Shown: one piece after another, positions 9,443-18,799 of the stretch
Position numbering within the stretch: the first letter of the stretch is position 1
How the letters are laid out: the number at the start of each line of letters is the position of its first letter
DNA from: Patescibacteria group bacterium
GTDB taxonomy: Bacteria > Patescibacteriota > Saccharimonadia > UBA4664
Length of the DNA: 64,000 bases
Direction of reading: 5' to 3'
NCBI GenBank assembly: GCA_028288925.1
Contig: JAQGHG010000005.1
Coordinates: 15,991 to 79,990, forward strand
The notes under the pieces: generated by a model
The model's input: only the letters and a program-made list of their open reading frames with translations
What the model was told of the DNA's origin: nothing
Database searches by the model: none
Position numbers and translations under genes: made by a program

Positions 9443-11359
9443 CTAGCCGCGCAGGGCGCCTAGCAGGTCGCGCAGGCGCATGGTGGCTACGGCTACCACA
9501 TGGTCGGCGCCGCCGTAGTAGAGGTAAATGGTGTCGCCGCGCAGCACTTGGCCGCACGGGAAGACGACGTTGCCGATCCAGCCTTCGCGCTCCCAGGGCT
9601 CGACGGGCGTCATGATGGGCTGGCTGGCGCGGCCAAGCACTTTGGTGGGGTCTTTGCGGTCCAGGAGTACGGCGCCCAGGCAGTAACGGCCCTCGGCGGT
9701 GATGCCGTGATAGAAGAGGATCCAGCCGAGGGGTGTTTTGAGGGGCGGCCCGGCGATGCCGACTTTGCGGCTGTCCCACATGCCGCGCCGAGCGCCGAAG
9801 AGCTGGATGCAGCGGGTGAGTTTTTCTTTGCGGAAGTCGAGGGTGGTTACGTAGTCGGCGCAGACGTGGCCGTCGACCCGGTGCAGAACCATGTAGCGGC
9901 CGTGGATTTTCTCGGGGAAGATGCAGGCGTCTTTGTCGTCGACGCCATCTGGGCTGACGGTTTCGGGCATGGTCCAGGCATCGAAGCGGCGGGCTAGGAA
10001 GTCGGCGACGCTGATGGAGCTTTCGGCTACCTGCGGCGAGCTTACGCTGTCGAAGGCGGTGTAGGTGACGTGCAGGCGGTCGCCGATGCGCACGACGCGG
10101 GCGTCTTCGCAGCCGGAGTTGTCGGTGGGGCCGGCGTGTTTTTGCTCGAAGCCGACCCGGGGTACATAGATGGGCTCGGGCAATCGTTCGTCGATGTGGA
10201 CGCCGTCTCGTGAGGTGGCCAGGCCGATGACTGAAGTGTTTTCGGGGCCGACGGCGCGGTAGAGAATGTTGATCGTGCCGTCGATCTCGACGGCGGTGGG
10301 GTTGAGGACGTGGGCGGCTTCCCAGGGGTGGTCCGCGATGGGCTCGAGGATGGGATTTTCGGGCGGGCGCTGAACGTGCTGTTTAATACTCCCGTCGGCC
10401 GACATACTGGCCATAAGGGCCTTGAAGCTTAGGGCGGCGCGGCAGCTGGTGGTGTCGGTGCCGCCGTAGTAGACGGTGAGCCGGTCGCCGTGGCGCAGGG
10501 CGCCGCTCGGGAAGATGATGTTGGGCAGCCGGCCGTAGCGCTCGTAGCCTTCCTCGGGCACCATGAAGGGATAGATGGTGCGTTTGAGGACTTTGGTGGG
10601 GTCGTGCAGATCGAGCAGGGCGGCTTCGATGCCGAAGATTTTGTGGTCGGTGAAGTATTCTTGAATGTGTGAGTACAGTAGCAGCCAGCCGTCCTTGGTC
10701 CAGATGGGCGGCGCGCCGACTTCGACGTGATCGGTGTCGCCGCGGACGAGGTTGAGGGTGCGATCATCGAGGTGTTCGCGCCAGTTTTCCCAGTACTTGG
10801 GCGACCACATGTCTTCGGGCCGGTCGAATTCGGCGATGGCTATCTTGGAGGGCGGCCGGTCGGAGTCGACTGTCAGGATGGCGCGGAGTTTGCCGTTGAC
10901 GCGCTCGGGGAACAGCGCCATAGCCTTGGCGTTGAAGGGCGTGACGAGGTGCTTTTGGTCGATAGTCTTGAGGTCTTTGGAGGTGGCGACGGCGACTTTG
11001 ATGTTGTCGGGCCCAAACGGAAATCCGCCCAGCGCCGTATAGAAGATGTAGTAAGTGTCGCCGAGCTTGGTAACGCGCGGGTCTTCGCAGCCGAATTCAT
11101 CCCAGGGTTCGCTGGGTACGATGAGCTGCCGAGGCTCGCCAAACGTCTGTCCCCCATCCGTGCTGGAGGCGATGGCGACCGTGGAGAGCTCGACATCGTG
11201 GCCGTGGTAGAGCGCCGGATGGCTGGCGGCGCGGTAGATGAGGTGGAGGGTCTCGCCTTGCATGACCGGTGAGGGGTTGAAGGCCGCCTCGGCCAGCCAC
11301 GGCGTATTGGGGTCTGGGCTGATGAGCGGATTACGGGGGTCGCGGGTAACATTGAACAT
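9443..11359 (-). CDS. Tandem double GH130-domain protein
   Basis: 638 aa. Two complete GH130 units, each with its own signature (FGCEDPRVTKLGDTYYIFYTA and SGCEDARVVRIGDRLHVTYTAF) and a terminal YYGG(T/A)D motif. Confidence 0.8.
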   Translation of the reverse strand: MFNVTRDPRNPLISPDPNTPWLAEAAFNPSPVMQGETLHLIYRAASHPALYHGHDVELSTVAIASSTDGGQTFGEPRQLIVPSEPWDEFGCEDPRVTKLGDTYYIFYTALGGFPFGPDNIKVAVATSKDLKTIDQKHLVTPFNAKAMALFPERVNGKLRAILTVDSDRPPSKIAIAEFDRPEDMWSPKYWENWREHLDDRTLNLVRGDTDHVEVGAPPIWTKDGWLLLYSHIQEYFTDHKIFGIEAALLDLHDPTKVLKRTIYPFMVPEEGYERYGRLPNIIFPSGALRHGDRLTVYYGGTDTTSCRAALSFKALMASMSADGSIKQHVQRPPENPILEPIADHPWEAAHVLNPTAVEIDGTINILYRAVGPENTSVIGLATSRDGVHIDERLPEPIYVPRVGFEQKHAGPTDNSGCEDARVVRIGDRLHVTYTAFDSVSSPQVAESSISVADFLARRFDAWTMPETVSPDGVDDKDACIFPEKIHGRYMVLHRVDGHVCADYVTTLDFRKEKLTRCIQLFGARRGMWDSRKVGIAGPPLKTPLGWILFYHGITAEGRYCLGAVLLDRKDPTKVLGRASQPIMTPVEPWEREGWIGNVVFPCGQVLRGDTIYLYYGGADHVVAVATMRLRDLLGALRG

Positions 11360-11363
11360 AGTG

Positions 11364-13232
11364 TTATGCTACGTCGCCGGCCGAAGTGAGCACAAGGGCA
11401 TGGTCTTTGACGAGCGCGTCTAGGAAGGCGTCGACATTGGCGCGGGCGGCGGCTACCCGCTTGTCCCCGCCGCCGTAATACACGATGAGGTTTTCGCCCA
11501 GGACGACCGCGCCACAGGTGTAGACCACGCCGGGTTTGCCGTCGTTCTCGTACCATTCCTTGGGCTCGAGGATGGGAGCGTTGGTGCGGTAGAGAATTTT
11601 GGTGGGGTCGTCCAGATCGAGCAGCATGGCGCCGAGCTTGTATTTGCCGGGGTCAAACTTGTCGTTGGCGTGGTAAAACAGGAGCCAGCCCATGGCGGTC
11701 TTGATGGGCGGCGCGCCGGTGCCACGGACCCGGCTGTCCCAGTGGTCTTTGCGGCGGGGGTCGCCGTAGCCGCCACCGTGAGCCGGCGGCAGGCTGTCGA
11801 TGAAGGTTTTGCCGTCGAGGGCGTCGAGGCTGTCGACGTATTCGATGTGGATCTTGGGGCTGAGGCCGTGCAGAATGGCGTATTTGCCGTTTACTTTTTC
11901 CGGGAAGATCACCCAGTTTTTATTGGTCTCCTTGGGACGGGAAATCATGACGGATTTGCGCCAGTTCCATTTCTTGAGCTTAATGTTTTCAAGCGAGATT
12001 GAGGTAAGAGCGATGCGCATGTTGTCCCAGCCGCAAAAGGCGGTAAACGACATGTAGGCGTGGCCGTCGAGCACTACCGCCCGGGGGTCTTCGCAGCCGG
12101 CCCAGCCGCCGCCGGAGGGATGCTCGGCGAGGTTGTAGCCTTGTTCGGGGCGGATGTGTCCGGGGTCGGGCGTGCCGATGCCGTGGCTGGGGGTATATAC
12201 GGGGTGGCTCAGGCGGTCGTCAAAGTGGATGCCGTCGGCGCTGGAGGCGTAGCCGATGCGCGAGACGCCGTCGGGCCCCATGGCGCGGTAGAGCAAATGC
12301 ACCCGTCCGTCGCTCACAAAGGCGGCGGGGTTGAAGACCGCCTCGGATTCCCACTCGTAGGCGCTGGGCTCCATGATGGGATTGTGCATGGAGCGGTGGA
12401 GTTGGGTGCGGCGGCGGCCGCGGGCACGGACGGCGAAGGGATTAGGCAGTCGCAGGGTGATGAGCTTTTCGGTATTGCTGGTGAGATACACCACTATTTC
12501 GTGATCGGACACCACCGCGCCTAGACTGCGGGGCTGGTCTCTTTCGGCGGTAGAAAATTGGTGGAGCGGCTCGTCGGAACGCCAGAGGACGTGCTCGGGG
12601 TTGTCGGCGGCGCAGAGCAACACACCGATTGAGACGGTGGTCTGCTTGTGTTTGGTTTCCCGAGTCTCGTAAAGCACCACTATCCCCTGCTCGACGTGGG
12701 CGGTGGTGACGACCTGGAGGGTGTGGGCGTCGAAACGGTCTTTGCGCGGGGCGGCGACGGCGTGGCCGGTGTTGTGCCAAGCTACGAGGTTTTTGGAGAA
12801 GGCTACGTGCAGTTCCCGCTCGCCGTAGTACAGAACGTGCTGGCCGTTGTGCAGATACTCGGGGACCACCATACCGGCGCCGGTGAGGTGATGGTTAAAG
12901 GATGGGACGTTCCAGATATCGATCTCGTCGTCGGGGTCGCGAATCGCGATTCTCAACTCGGGCCGGCCCTCGTGCTCGATGGTGTAGGCCATGATGCTTT
13001 CGTCTAGCACATGCGAAACGCGCACATTTTGGATGTGCGCGAGGTGTTCTTTGCGCCCGAGTGGCAGCACGATGGACGGGCCGGCTGATTCCAGACGAAA
13101 AGTCTGATCATCCCCGTGACCCAGTACGAGGCGGTAGGTTTCCGAATACTTTTCGCGACCGATAAGACCTACGGAGTCATTGTCGCGAAATATGCCTAGC
13201 GGATGAGTTCGTCGTAATGCGGAATGACTCAA
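11364..13232 (-). CDS. Double-propeller protein: degenerate GH130-like N-domain + canonical GH130 C-domain
   Basis: The C-terminal half has GCEDPRAVVLDGHAYMSFTAF and LIVYYGGGD. The N-terminal half is propeller-like but lacks the GCEDPR signature. 622 aa. Confidence 0.7.
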   Translation of the reverse strand: MSHSALRRTHPLGIFRDNDSVGLIGREKYSETYRLVLGHGDDQTFRLESAGPSIVLPLGRKEHLAHIQNVRVSHVLDESIMAYTIEHEGRPELRIAIRDPDDEIDIWNVPSFNHHLTGAGMVVPEYLHNGQHVLYYGERELHVAFSKNLVAWHNTGHAVAAPRKDRFDAHTLQVVTTAHVEQGIVVLYETRETKHKQTTVSIGVLLCAADNPEHVLWRSDEPLHQFSTAERDQPRSLGAVVSDHEIVVYLTSNTEKLITLRLPNPFAVRARGRRRTQLHRSMHNPIMEPSAYEWESEAVFNPAAFVSDGRVHLLYRAMGPDGVSRIGYASSADGIHFDDRLSHPVYTPSHGIGTPDPGHIRPEQGYNLAEHPSGGGWAGCEDPRAVVLDGHAYMSFTAFCGWDNMRIALTSISLENIKLKKWNWRKSVMISRPKETNKNWVIFPEKVNGKYAILHGLSPKIHIEYVDSLDALDGKTFIDSLPPAHGGGYGDPRRKDHWDSRVRGTGAPPIKTAMGWLLFYHANDKFDPGKYKLGAMLLDLDDPTKILYRTNAPILEPKEWYENDGKPGVVYTCGAVVLGENLIVYYGGGDKRVAAARANVDAFLDALVKDHALVLTSAGDVA

Positions 13233-13309
13233 TTGTCCGAAAATCCTCAGTTCACGTTAATTTTAGCACAAGCATTATGGTGTCCGCTAGACGAAAATGT
13301 CAGCGAATA

Positions 13310-14086
13310 TTAATACATTGGTTTATGGACGTAATTGGGTTTTTTGTATTTGCCGATGATGGCGTTCCAGCGGATTATCCAGAGATCGAGGAAGCCACTA
13401 AGGGCGGCTTTGATAGGATTATCCCCTACTAACCCCATGCCCGCGGCTTTTGGATCCTTCCAGTCTGGCGCTTCGATGGAAACAATTTTGTAGTGGAGCA
13501 ACCGGGCGATTAATATAATTTCGGCGTCAAAGCTCCAAGAGAGCATGGTCATGCGGCCGAAGATTACTTCGGCGGTGTCGGCCCGAAAAACCTTGAAGCC
13601 ACATTGCGTATCTTTGATACCGGGTGCGACTAGGATTTGCGCGGCGACGTTGCTGGTGCTGGATATGAGCTTGCGGATAAGCCCTTTGTGAATCTTCCAT
13701 AAGTCGCGGGTGGCGATGCCGATGTGGGCGTTTTTGTCGATCACGAGGCGCTTAACGTCGTCGAGGTGCTCCAGCGGCGTGGCGAGATCGGCGTCCATGA
13801 AGATCTTGTAGTGGCCGCGGGATTCGTACATTCCCAGTCGGACATCGCGGCCTTTGCCGACACGCGGGCCGGCGTGGACGAGGCGAAAATGCTGGAACAG
13901 CTTGGCGCGGCTTTCGGCGATTTTGGCGGTACCGTCGGGACTGTCTGGTACTACCACGACTACCTCGACGGCGCCATAATCACGGGTTTTGAGAAAGGCG
14001 GCGAGTTTTTCGAGGTCATCGGCGATGCCGGCGGCCTCCATATAGGCGGGGATGATGATACTGAGATCGATGGGGGCGGTGGTCAT
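13310..14086 (-). CDS. GT2 glycosyltransferase, polyprenyl-phosphate sugar synthase (DPM1/GtrB/ArnC-like)
   Basis: LSIIIPAYMEA...VEVVVV.DSPDGT...DADL: a GT-A DxD-type fold of about 258 aa. Confidence 0.75.
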   Translation of the reverse strand: MTTAPIDLSIIIPAYMEAAGIADDLEKLAAFLKTRDYGAVEVVVVVPDSPDGTAKIAESRAKLFQHFRLVHAGPRVGKGRDVRLGMYESRGHYKIFMDADLATPLEHLDDVKRLVIDKNAHIGIATRDLWKIHKGLIRKLISSTSNVAAQILVAPGIKDTQCGFKVFRADTAEVIFGRMTMLSWSFDAEIILIARLLHYKIVSIEAPDWKDPKAAGMGLVGDNPIKAALSGFLDLWIIRWNAIIGKYKKPNYVHKPMY

Positions 14087-15624
14087 TTGGCGACCTCGTA
14101 GGTGTAATAGATCTCGGCCTGGTTAAACGATGAGTAGTGGGGTCGCAGTACGCCGCCAGGGAACTTAATCTTGAGGATTTTTACCGATTCGTCGCGGGAA
14201 GTGCTGGTGATCATAAACTGGCGGTTGACGGCGGGGATGGGGAGGCCGGCAATGTCTTGGGCCTGGATCGCTTGGTAAGGTATCTTGCCTGGATTGAGAA
14301 AGGCTACGACCGGCTGTTCGTCCTTGCTTGCTACGAGGTAGCGCTCGCCCTTGAATTTGTCAGTTTGAAGATTGGCGGCGATCTGGGCGGAGCCTTCGTT
14401 GTAGGCAGCGTAAACTTCGCTCGATCCGGCCCAGGCACGGAAGTACTGGGTGTAGCCTTGGAAGAGCGTCAGCGCCAGGAGTAGTATGACGGCCGCTTGG
14501 CCGCTTGCCCGGGCGGCGGAGTTGATCGGGAAGGTGGTGTACCACAGCTCGAGCATGTAGGAGATGCCAATGGCGGCGAGCACTAGGACAAACGGGAGGG
14601 CGCCGGCCGCGCGGGCGGCGTTGGGGACGCCGGCGGTGGTAAGCAAGGCCGGCAGGAGCATGATGAAGGTGAAGGCGATCGCTACCTGGTAGCGGCGTTC
14701 GTGGAGGCGTGAGATACCTACGAGCAGGCCGGCTACGAGCATCAGCCCTACAAAGGCGTTGAGCATTGGTTCGCCGGCTAGATTGTGGCGGTAGTTTTCG
14801 TCGCCGCGGACATTGAACATGAGGAGCGTGCGGCCAAGATTGCCGCCCAGTGTACTGAGGCTGGCGGTGAGCCCGCTAGCCGTGGGCAGGTGTTTGAGCG
14901 CGTCCGCGGAAGTGCCGGCTAGGTAGCCAAAGAGCCCAATCCCGGCGGCCAATCCGGCAGCGCCGACAAGGCGGGGCTTGGTGATGGCCCGGAGAGGCTT
15001 TTCGCGCAGTAGCCAGATTGCTCCGGTCGCGAGTACGAGGAGCACTAGCAGCCAGCCAATGGGGCCGCTCAGGAGGTCGAGCGTCAGGGTAGCTGCTAGC
15101 GCTACGTACCGCCAGAGGCTGGGTCGCCGCCGGACGAGGGTGGCTAGCCAGAGCGTGAGTGGTACCAGTAGCGGGATGACGGCCGCGCTCTGCCCGTTGC
15201 GTGAGAGCATGACGGCCCATGGCGTGATGGCGACGAGCAGTGATGCCAACCAGGCGACGCGAATGCCAAACCATGAACGCGCCCATAGCCAGGTAGCCGG
15301 TATGGCCAGGGTGCCCAACAGAGCCGGCCAGAGGTGCAACGCCAAGCTGGTGTGACCGAAGAATTTGACACTAAGCGCCTGTAGCCAGACCCACAGAGGC
15401 GCGTAGCCATTGGTGGCGTTCATGGCGATGAATTTGCCGTGCTCGGCCAGGCCGGCGGCCTGTAGACCTAGCGTGGCGGTGCCTTGGTAGAGCCCGGGCG
15501 GCAACGTGCTTAGCTGGTAGAAGCGAAAGAACGCGCCAATGGCGAGTACCAACGTTGTACTAATGGGGACTGTGTACCGGCCGAGCCAGACGAAGGGCGG
15601 CCGAATTTTGGTTGCCGATGCCAT
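14083..15624 (-). CDS. GT-C fold membrane glycosyltransferase (GT39/PMT_2/ArnT-like)
   Basis: 513 aa, polytopic. Has an N-terminal FRFYQLSTLPPGLYQGTATLGLQAAGLAEHG loop region typical of the PMT_2 family. Overlaps the GT2 gene by 4 nt. Confidence 0.65.
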   Translation of the reverse strand: MASATKIRPPFVWLGRYTVPISTTLVLAIGAFFRFYQLSTLPPGLYQGTATLGLQAAGLAEHGKFIAMNATNGYAPLWVWLQALSVKFFGHTSLALHLWPALLGTLAIPATWLWARSWFGIRVAWLASLLVAITPWAVMLSRNGQSAAVIPLLVPLTLWLATLVRRRPSLWRYVALAATLTLDLLSGPIGWLLVLLVLATGAIWLLREKPLRAITKPRLVGAAGLAAGIGLFGYLAGTSADALKHLPTASGLTASLSTLGGNLGRTLLMFNVRGDENYRHNLAGEPMLNAFVGLMLVAGLLVGISRLHERRYQVAIAFTFIMLLPALLTTAGVPNAARAAGALPFVLVLAAIGISYMLELWYTTFPINSAARASGQAAVILLLALTLFQGYTQYFRAWAGSSEVYAAYNEGSAQIAANLQTDKFKGERYLVASKDEQPVVAFLNPGKIPYQAIQAQDIAGLPIPAVNRQFMITSTSRDESVKILKIKFPGGVLRPHYSSFNQAEIYYTYEVAK

Positions 15625-16112
15625 TACTTAAATACCACCTTTTTATACATTATATAATTCCAGGTCAGGCTGATGACGGTAGCGATGGCCTTCGCGCCAT
15701 TTTTTATCAGAAAATCATCGTGTCCGCGGACGCCTATCGCGTGAGCTACCAGGATGCCAGTTTGCATTGGGTAGAGCCAGACGTCGGTCAGGAGCTTAAT
15801 GGTACCGGTTTGGAGGACGTACAGGCCAAACGCGGTTACCAACAAGAAGCTAATGGATTGCCGGACAAGAGGGCTGTCGTGTTTCTTAAATACCAGGTGC
15901 CGGTTGGCCATGAAGCTAAAGGCCATGGCGATGGTGGTTGAGATAATATTTGATTGTACAAGCGAGAGACCGATTTTGCTCGACAGCAGATTATAGATGA
16001 CGAAGTCGAGAAGGGTGTTGAGTACGCCGACTAAACCAAATTTACTGACACGCCGGAATTCGCTTCTTCGGGATGTGGCTACCACCTTGACCTCTTTGTT
16101 CTTCGTAAGCAT
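15624..16112 (-). CDS. GtrA-family small membrane protein (polyprenyl-P-sugar flippase-like)
   Basis: About 160 aa with 4 TM helices (FGLVGVLNTLLDFVIYNLL...). Start re-assigned to ATG at 16112 (MLTKNK); the track ORF extends further upstream in the same frame. Confidence 0.7.
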   Translation of the reverse strand: MLTKNKEVKVVATSRRSEFRRVSKFGLVGVLNTLLDFVIYNLLSSKIGLSLVQSNIISTTIAMAFSFMANRHLVFKKHDSPLVRQSISFLLVTAFGLYVLQTGTIKLLTDVWLYPMQTGILVAHAIGVRGHDDFLIKNGAKAIATVISLTWNYIMYKKVVFK

Positions 16113-16143
16113 AACTGATTTGGCTTCCAGCTGTAAATAGGCT

Positions 16144-16656
16144 CTATGTGGGCCATGAGCGTCCGCTGGCGAGCCAGCCCGCTTTGATGACGGGTTGATC
16201 TGGTGTTTGGAGCATTGGAATCTCACTAATGGTAAAGCTGGCACTCTCGATAATCTCTTCGCCGTAGTGCAGTGCTAGTGCTTGATCGGTCGTGGCCCAG
16301 TAGTAGGCCATGTAGCTGACGGGGAAGGGGTAGGTTTTGCCTGCCTGAGGGTGCGGGGCTGGTGTAAGATGGGTGATCTCGCGGATAGCAAAAAGCTGGT
16401 AGCTGTCGATAGTGAAACCACCCTCTTCGAGCGCTTCCCGGCGGAGGGCGTCCTCAGGGGTTTCCCCCTCCTCGATGTGGCCGCCGAGCATGCCCCAGCC
16501 GCGTTGGCTGCGGGCTAGTCTGATTTTATCCCTGGTGATGGCTACGCACATGACGGCGGTGCATAATTCCGTGGGCGGAGGGGTTGAGGCTGTATAGAGC
16601 TCCCAAGTGACGTTTTTGCCCCAGTCCCCCGTCTTGATAGTGGTGCGGCTCGTCAT
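16144..16656 (-). CDS. NUDIX hydrolase
   Basis: Nudix box GGHIEEGETPEDALRREALEEGG. Confidence 0.75.
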   Translation of the reverse strand: MTSRTTIKTGDWGKNVTWELYTASTPPPTELCTAVMCVAITRDKIRLARSQRGWGMLGGHIEEGETPEDALRREALEEGGFTIDSYQLFAIREITHLTPAPHPQAGKTYPFPVSYMAYYWATTDQALALHYGEEIIESASFTISEIPMLQTPDQPVIKAGWLASGRSWPT

Positions 16657-17387
16657 GTTCGATCTTTGGGCCGAAGGGCTATGAGTAAATTATCTGATTC
16701 GGTCTGGGCGGCCATGATGGATACTAATAAATGATCCGACGGGATCCAACGGTGGTGGTTTGTTTCTTTGGGTGGGTCGGGATCGACAATGAGAAATTGG
16801 TCTTCTTTGTAGCCGGCGCAGGTTACGGCGTGTGTGGTGGACCGGCCGCGAATGGAATCGTCTTCGAACGCATCGGTCTTTTGGTCGTAGCGGCTCTTTG
16901 GCTTTTGGTTTAGGTACGTGGAGTTTACCATCATCAGATAGGGGCCGTCGTTGAGGAGGTTGCGCAGAAGCTTTGTGGTTAACGGCTGAAACGAGAAGGC
17001 TCCCCCGGCGTTAGCGTATTGCTCCCATCCGTTTACGAGGATGTGGTGGTATTTTGCGAGCCAGGAGTTAGCAGGGATGTGAGGTTGGCGCTGGCGCAGG
17101 CTGGATACGACTTGATGTGCGTCTAGGTTCCCCCAACTGCGGTCGAATAACTCCGTGTCGAAGATGTAGGTGGTGGTTTGGTAGTTGTTTTTGGCAAAGT
17201 AGGCGGCTAAATGGCCGGGAGAAGTGCCAATTTTCTCGCCATTTTCGACGTATAGCGGCACGTCGCGCAAGACGTCAGCCAGGTTGACGGACGGGTCGAA
17301 GTACGACAGGGTTTGCGTGGCGGCGGTTTGCATGCACTCGCTGGTGCTTTGCTGGATGGCTTTGATTTGGTATTCGAGGGGAGACAT
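16653..17387 (-). CDS. Peptidase C39-like (papain-fold) domain protein
   Basis: Q...C motif (QQSTSECMQTAATQTLSYF) and a downstream His motif (THAVTCAGY), resembling Peptidase_C39_2. The weak match lowers confidence. Confidence 0.45.
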   Translation of the reverse strand: MSPLEYQIKAIQQSTSECMQTAATQTLSYFDPSVNLADVLRDVPLYVENGEKIGTSPGHLAAYFAKNNYQTTTYIFDTELFDRSWGNLDAHQVVSSLRQRQPHIPANSWLAKYHHILVNGWEQYANAGGAFSFQPLTTKLLRNLLNDGPYLMMVNSTYLNQKPKSRYDQKTDAFEDDSIRGRSTTHAVTCAGYKEDQFLIVDPDPPKETNHHRWIPSDHLLVSIMAAQTESDNLLIALRPKDRT

Positions 17388-17392
17388 AAGTA

Positions 17393-18799
17393 CTAGCTGT
17401 GGAACCTATCCAGATCGGTGAAACGGCGCTGGTCGGCCTGGAAGAAGAGTTCGACGTCGCCGATAGGGCCGTTACGATGTTTTTTGATGAGGATTTCGGT
17501 GATGTTTTCGTCTTCTTGCTTATCATAGTACCAGGGGCGATAGATGAAGGCGACGACGTCGGCGTCTTGCTCGATGGAGCCGGAGTCGCGCAGGTCGGAG
17601 AGCTGGGGTTTGGGGGGCGTGCGGGACTCCACGGCGCGCGAGAGTTGGCTGAGGGCGATGACTGGCACATTGAGCTCGCGCGCCAGACCTTTGAGGCCAC
17701 GCGAGATCTCTGAGACTTCTTGCTGGCGGCCTTCTTGGCTGCGGGCGCTGCCGGAGATGAGCTGGAGATAGTCGATGATGACGAGACCCAGTCCGTGCTC
17801 GGCTTGCAGGCGGCGGGCTTTGGTGCGCATTTCCATGACGTTGGTCATGGCGGAGTCGTCGATGTAGATGGGGGCTTCCGAGAGCTCGGCCATGGCTTCG
17901 TTGATGCGCGGGAAGTCGTCGTCTTCGAGCTCACCGGTGCGGAGCTTCCAGGAGTCGACGCCGGACTCGATGGCCAGGAGCTGGTCGATGAGTTGCTCCT
18001 TGGAGACTTCAAGCGAGAAGAAGCCGACGGGTATCCCCTCTTTGGTCGCCACGTGGTGGGCAATGTTCATGACGAGGGTGGTCTTACCCATGGAAGGACG
18101 GGCAGCTAGGATGAAGAGGTCGGAATTTTGCAGGCCGGCCAGAATTTTGTCCAGATCGCGAAAGCCGGTGGGGATGCCGCGAAGTTTGCCGGTGTTGGCG
18201 TGGAGCTCGTTGAGCCGGTCGAAGGAGTCGGCCAGGACGGATTGGATGGGAATGAAGTTTTGTTTGAGGTTTTTTTGGGAGACCTCAAAGATGGTCTGCT
18301 CGGCTTTATCGAGGAGCTGGTCGAGTGGGGCGGCTTCGTCGTAGCCCATTTGCGAGATGTTGGAAGCGGCGCCGATGAGGCGGCGGAGGGTGGCCTTATG
18401 CGCCACGATGCTGGCGTAGTGGACGACATGGCCGGCGTTTGGCACGGCCGAGGTGAAATCGGTGACGGCCGCCGATCCGCCGACCCGCTCGAGCTCGCCG
18501 GCCTCGGCCAGTTTGTTGGAGAGGCTCACGACATCGATGGGCTGGCGCTGTTCGTAGAGGTCCATGATGGCCGCGAAGATCAGGCCGTTGCGGTCGTCGT
18601 AGAAATCCTCCGGCGCGACGATGTCGGCGATGCGGATGATGGCGTCTTTTTCGATGAGCACCGAGCCGAGCAGGCTGACCTCGGCTTCGAGGTTCTGGGG
18701 CGGAAGTTTGCCTTTGGCAAGCTCGCCGTCGAGTACCTCTTTGATGGATGGCAGGCGCTTTTCGCGGGAGCGTTCTTTGGATGAGGCGGCTTGGGCCAT
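17393..18799 (-). CDS. dnaB: Replicative DNA helicase DnaB
   Basis: DnaB N-domain followed by a RecA-like domain with Walker A (GKTTLVMNIAHH). 468 aa. Confidence 0.9.
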   Translation of the reverse strand: MAQAASSKERSREKRLPSIKEVLDGELAKGKLPPQNLEAEVSLLGSVLIEKDAIIRIADIVAPEDFYDDRNGLIFAAIMDLYEQRQPIDVVSLSNKLAEAGELERVGGSAAVTDFTSAVPNAGHVVHYASIVAHKATLRRLIGAASNISQMGYDEAAPLDQLLDKAEQTIFEVSQKNLKQNFIPIQSVLADSFDRLNELHANTGKLRGIPTGFRDLDKILAGLQNSDLFILAARPSMGKTTLVMNIAHHVATKEGIPVGFFSLEVSKEQLIDQLLAIESGVDSWKLRTGELEDDDFPRINEAMAELSEAPIYIDDSAMTNVMEMRTKARRLQAEHGLGLVIIDYLQLISGSARSQEGRQQEVSEISRGLKGLARELNVPVIALSQLSRAVESRTPPKPQLSDLRDSGSIEQDADVVAFIYRPWYYDKQEDENITEILIKKHRNGPIGDVELFFQADQRRFTDLDRFHS

